Below, one piece after another: positions 63,326-64,000 of a stretch of DNA of 64,000 bases. A program made the translations under genes and the position numbers. The notes beneath the pieces were generated by a model. That model did no database searches. It had not been told where the DNA came from and worked only from the letters and a program-made list of their open reading frames with translations. Source of the DNA: Oculina patagonica (Eukaryota); contig NC_135761.1 of NCBI RefSeq assembly GCF_052425735.1, positions 43,958,001 to 44,022,000 of the forward strand, read 5' to 3'. Numbering within the stretch: position 1 is the stretch's first letter; each line of letters starts with the position of its first letter.

Positions 63326-63858
63326 GTGTCTCGTTGTCCAGTAGGTGCATAAGGCCGTAACGCTAGTGTGTAATTTTATTTTATCATGTAAACCTTTCAA
63401 CTTGAGTCAACACTCATTGTAATAGTTGCCTTGTGTATCGACCAAACGTATAGTAACCGTTCATTATTTTCTTTTTAATTTGAATATAGGTGCGAGATCT
63501 GCACCATGTTCCTTCAAATTTGAAGGTTCAAAGGGTACCATCAGTTTTCGTCGCTCCGGGAGTATAACTGACTGCAACTGGTTGATAACAGCGCCAGTCA
63601 ACCACAGCATTTCCTTGACATTTGCCACATTTGAGTTATACTACGAAGTTGGTGATGTAGAGAAAAAAGAGGTAGCAAATCAACTGAAAGTCTGGGACGG
63701 TAAAAATGAAAATGCGACCTTCCTTGGGAGTTTTCGTGGCACAAAAAGACCATTTTCTTTGCATTCTAGCGGTCGCAGTCTTCTTCTACGACTTATCGTT
63801 GACAAAGATGTGCCTCTTGGTAACTTTGAGGGTTCATACATTGCTACGACTACCAAAG
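62656..63858 (+). CDS. Secreted or membrane CUB-domain protein, first two coding exons (continues beyond the window)
   Basis: Signal exon 62656-62719 (MMHQMSVPKLLVLLVYVLYAK-G|GT, phase 1) and exon 63490-63858 with a CUB signature C.....GSKGTI...CNWLITAP....ISLTF..FEL...LKVWDG.......LGSFRG...P....SSGRSLLLRL.......NFEGSY; phase-1 donor at 63859. Confidence 0.87.
63270..63324. repeat. (CAT)n microsatellite
   Basis: Direct reading; intronic. Confidence 0.95.
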
Positions 63859-64000
63859 GTACAGTATAAATAGTGATAATTTAATACATCAATAGTAAGA
63901 AGAGTTTTAATAAATTTAATTTATATCATGTCATGTCATGTTGTATAAGGAATTTTAAACCATCGGGCTGGATACTAAAAGCCCATGGTCGCGGGTGCTT

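Noticed and set aside
63107-63400. Poly-Asp (acid-rich, CARP-like) protein ORF
   Set aside because: Just a (CAT)n microsatellite on the antisense strand of a CUB-gene intron; no signal peptide or splice support
1-64000. Prokaryotic operon, CRISPR array or defence system
   Set aside because: Spliceosomal introns, SINEs and MITEs throughout; no repeat-spacer array and no dense bacterial-type ORFs

Overview
This is AT-rich, intron-containing animal genomic DNA with three N-gaps. It is most likely from a scleractinian coral, inferred from gene content and repeat style. All host genes are on the + strand. In order: a divergent GPCR-like ORF (3011-3736); a 3-exon gene for a putatively myristoylated single-C2B protein (7916-11055); an intronless, frameshifted BTB-BACK-Kelch copy ending in a CaaX box (13577-15415); a 23-exon MUC4-like mucin (Ser/Thr-NIDO-AMOP-vWD-7xEGF-TM, 19212-42255) with a duplicated first exon; a DUF229-family type II membrane gene (46587-57129); and the first two exons of a CUB-domain gene (from 62656). 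Intron 2 of the DUF229 gene holds a 4.4-kb Sola3-like transposon with ~1-kb TIRs. Introns and intergenic DNA carry many MITEs, tRNA-derived SINEs and a truncated LINE, often nested. No prokaryotic or CRISPR-type system was seen. Exon structures were worked out by hand from GT/AG sites and reading phase; family names come from remembered motifs, not database searches.
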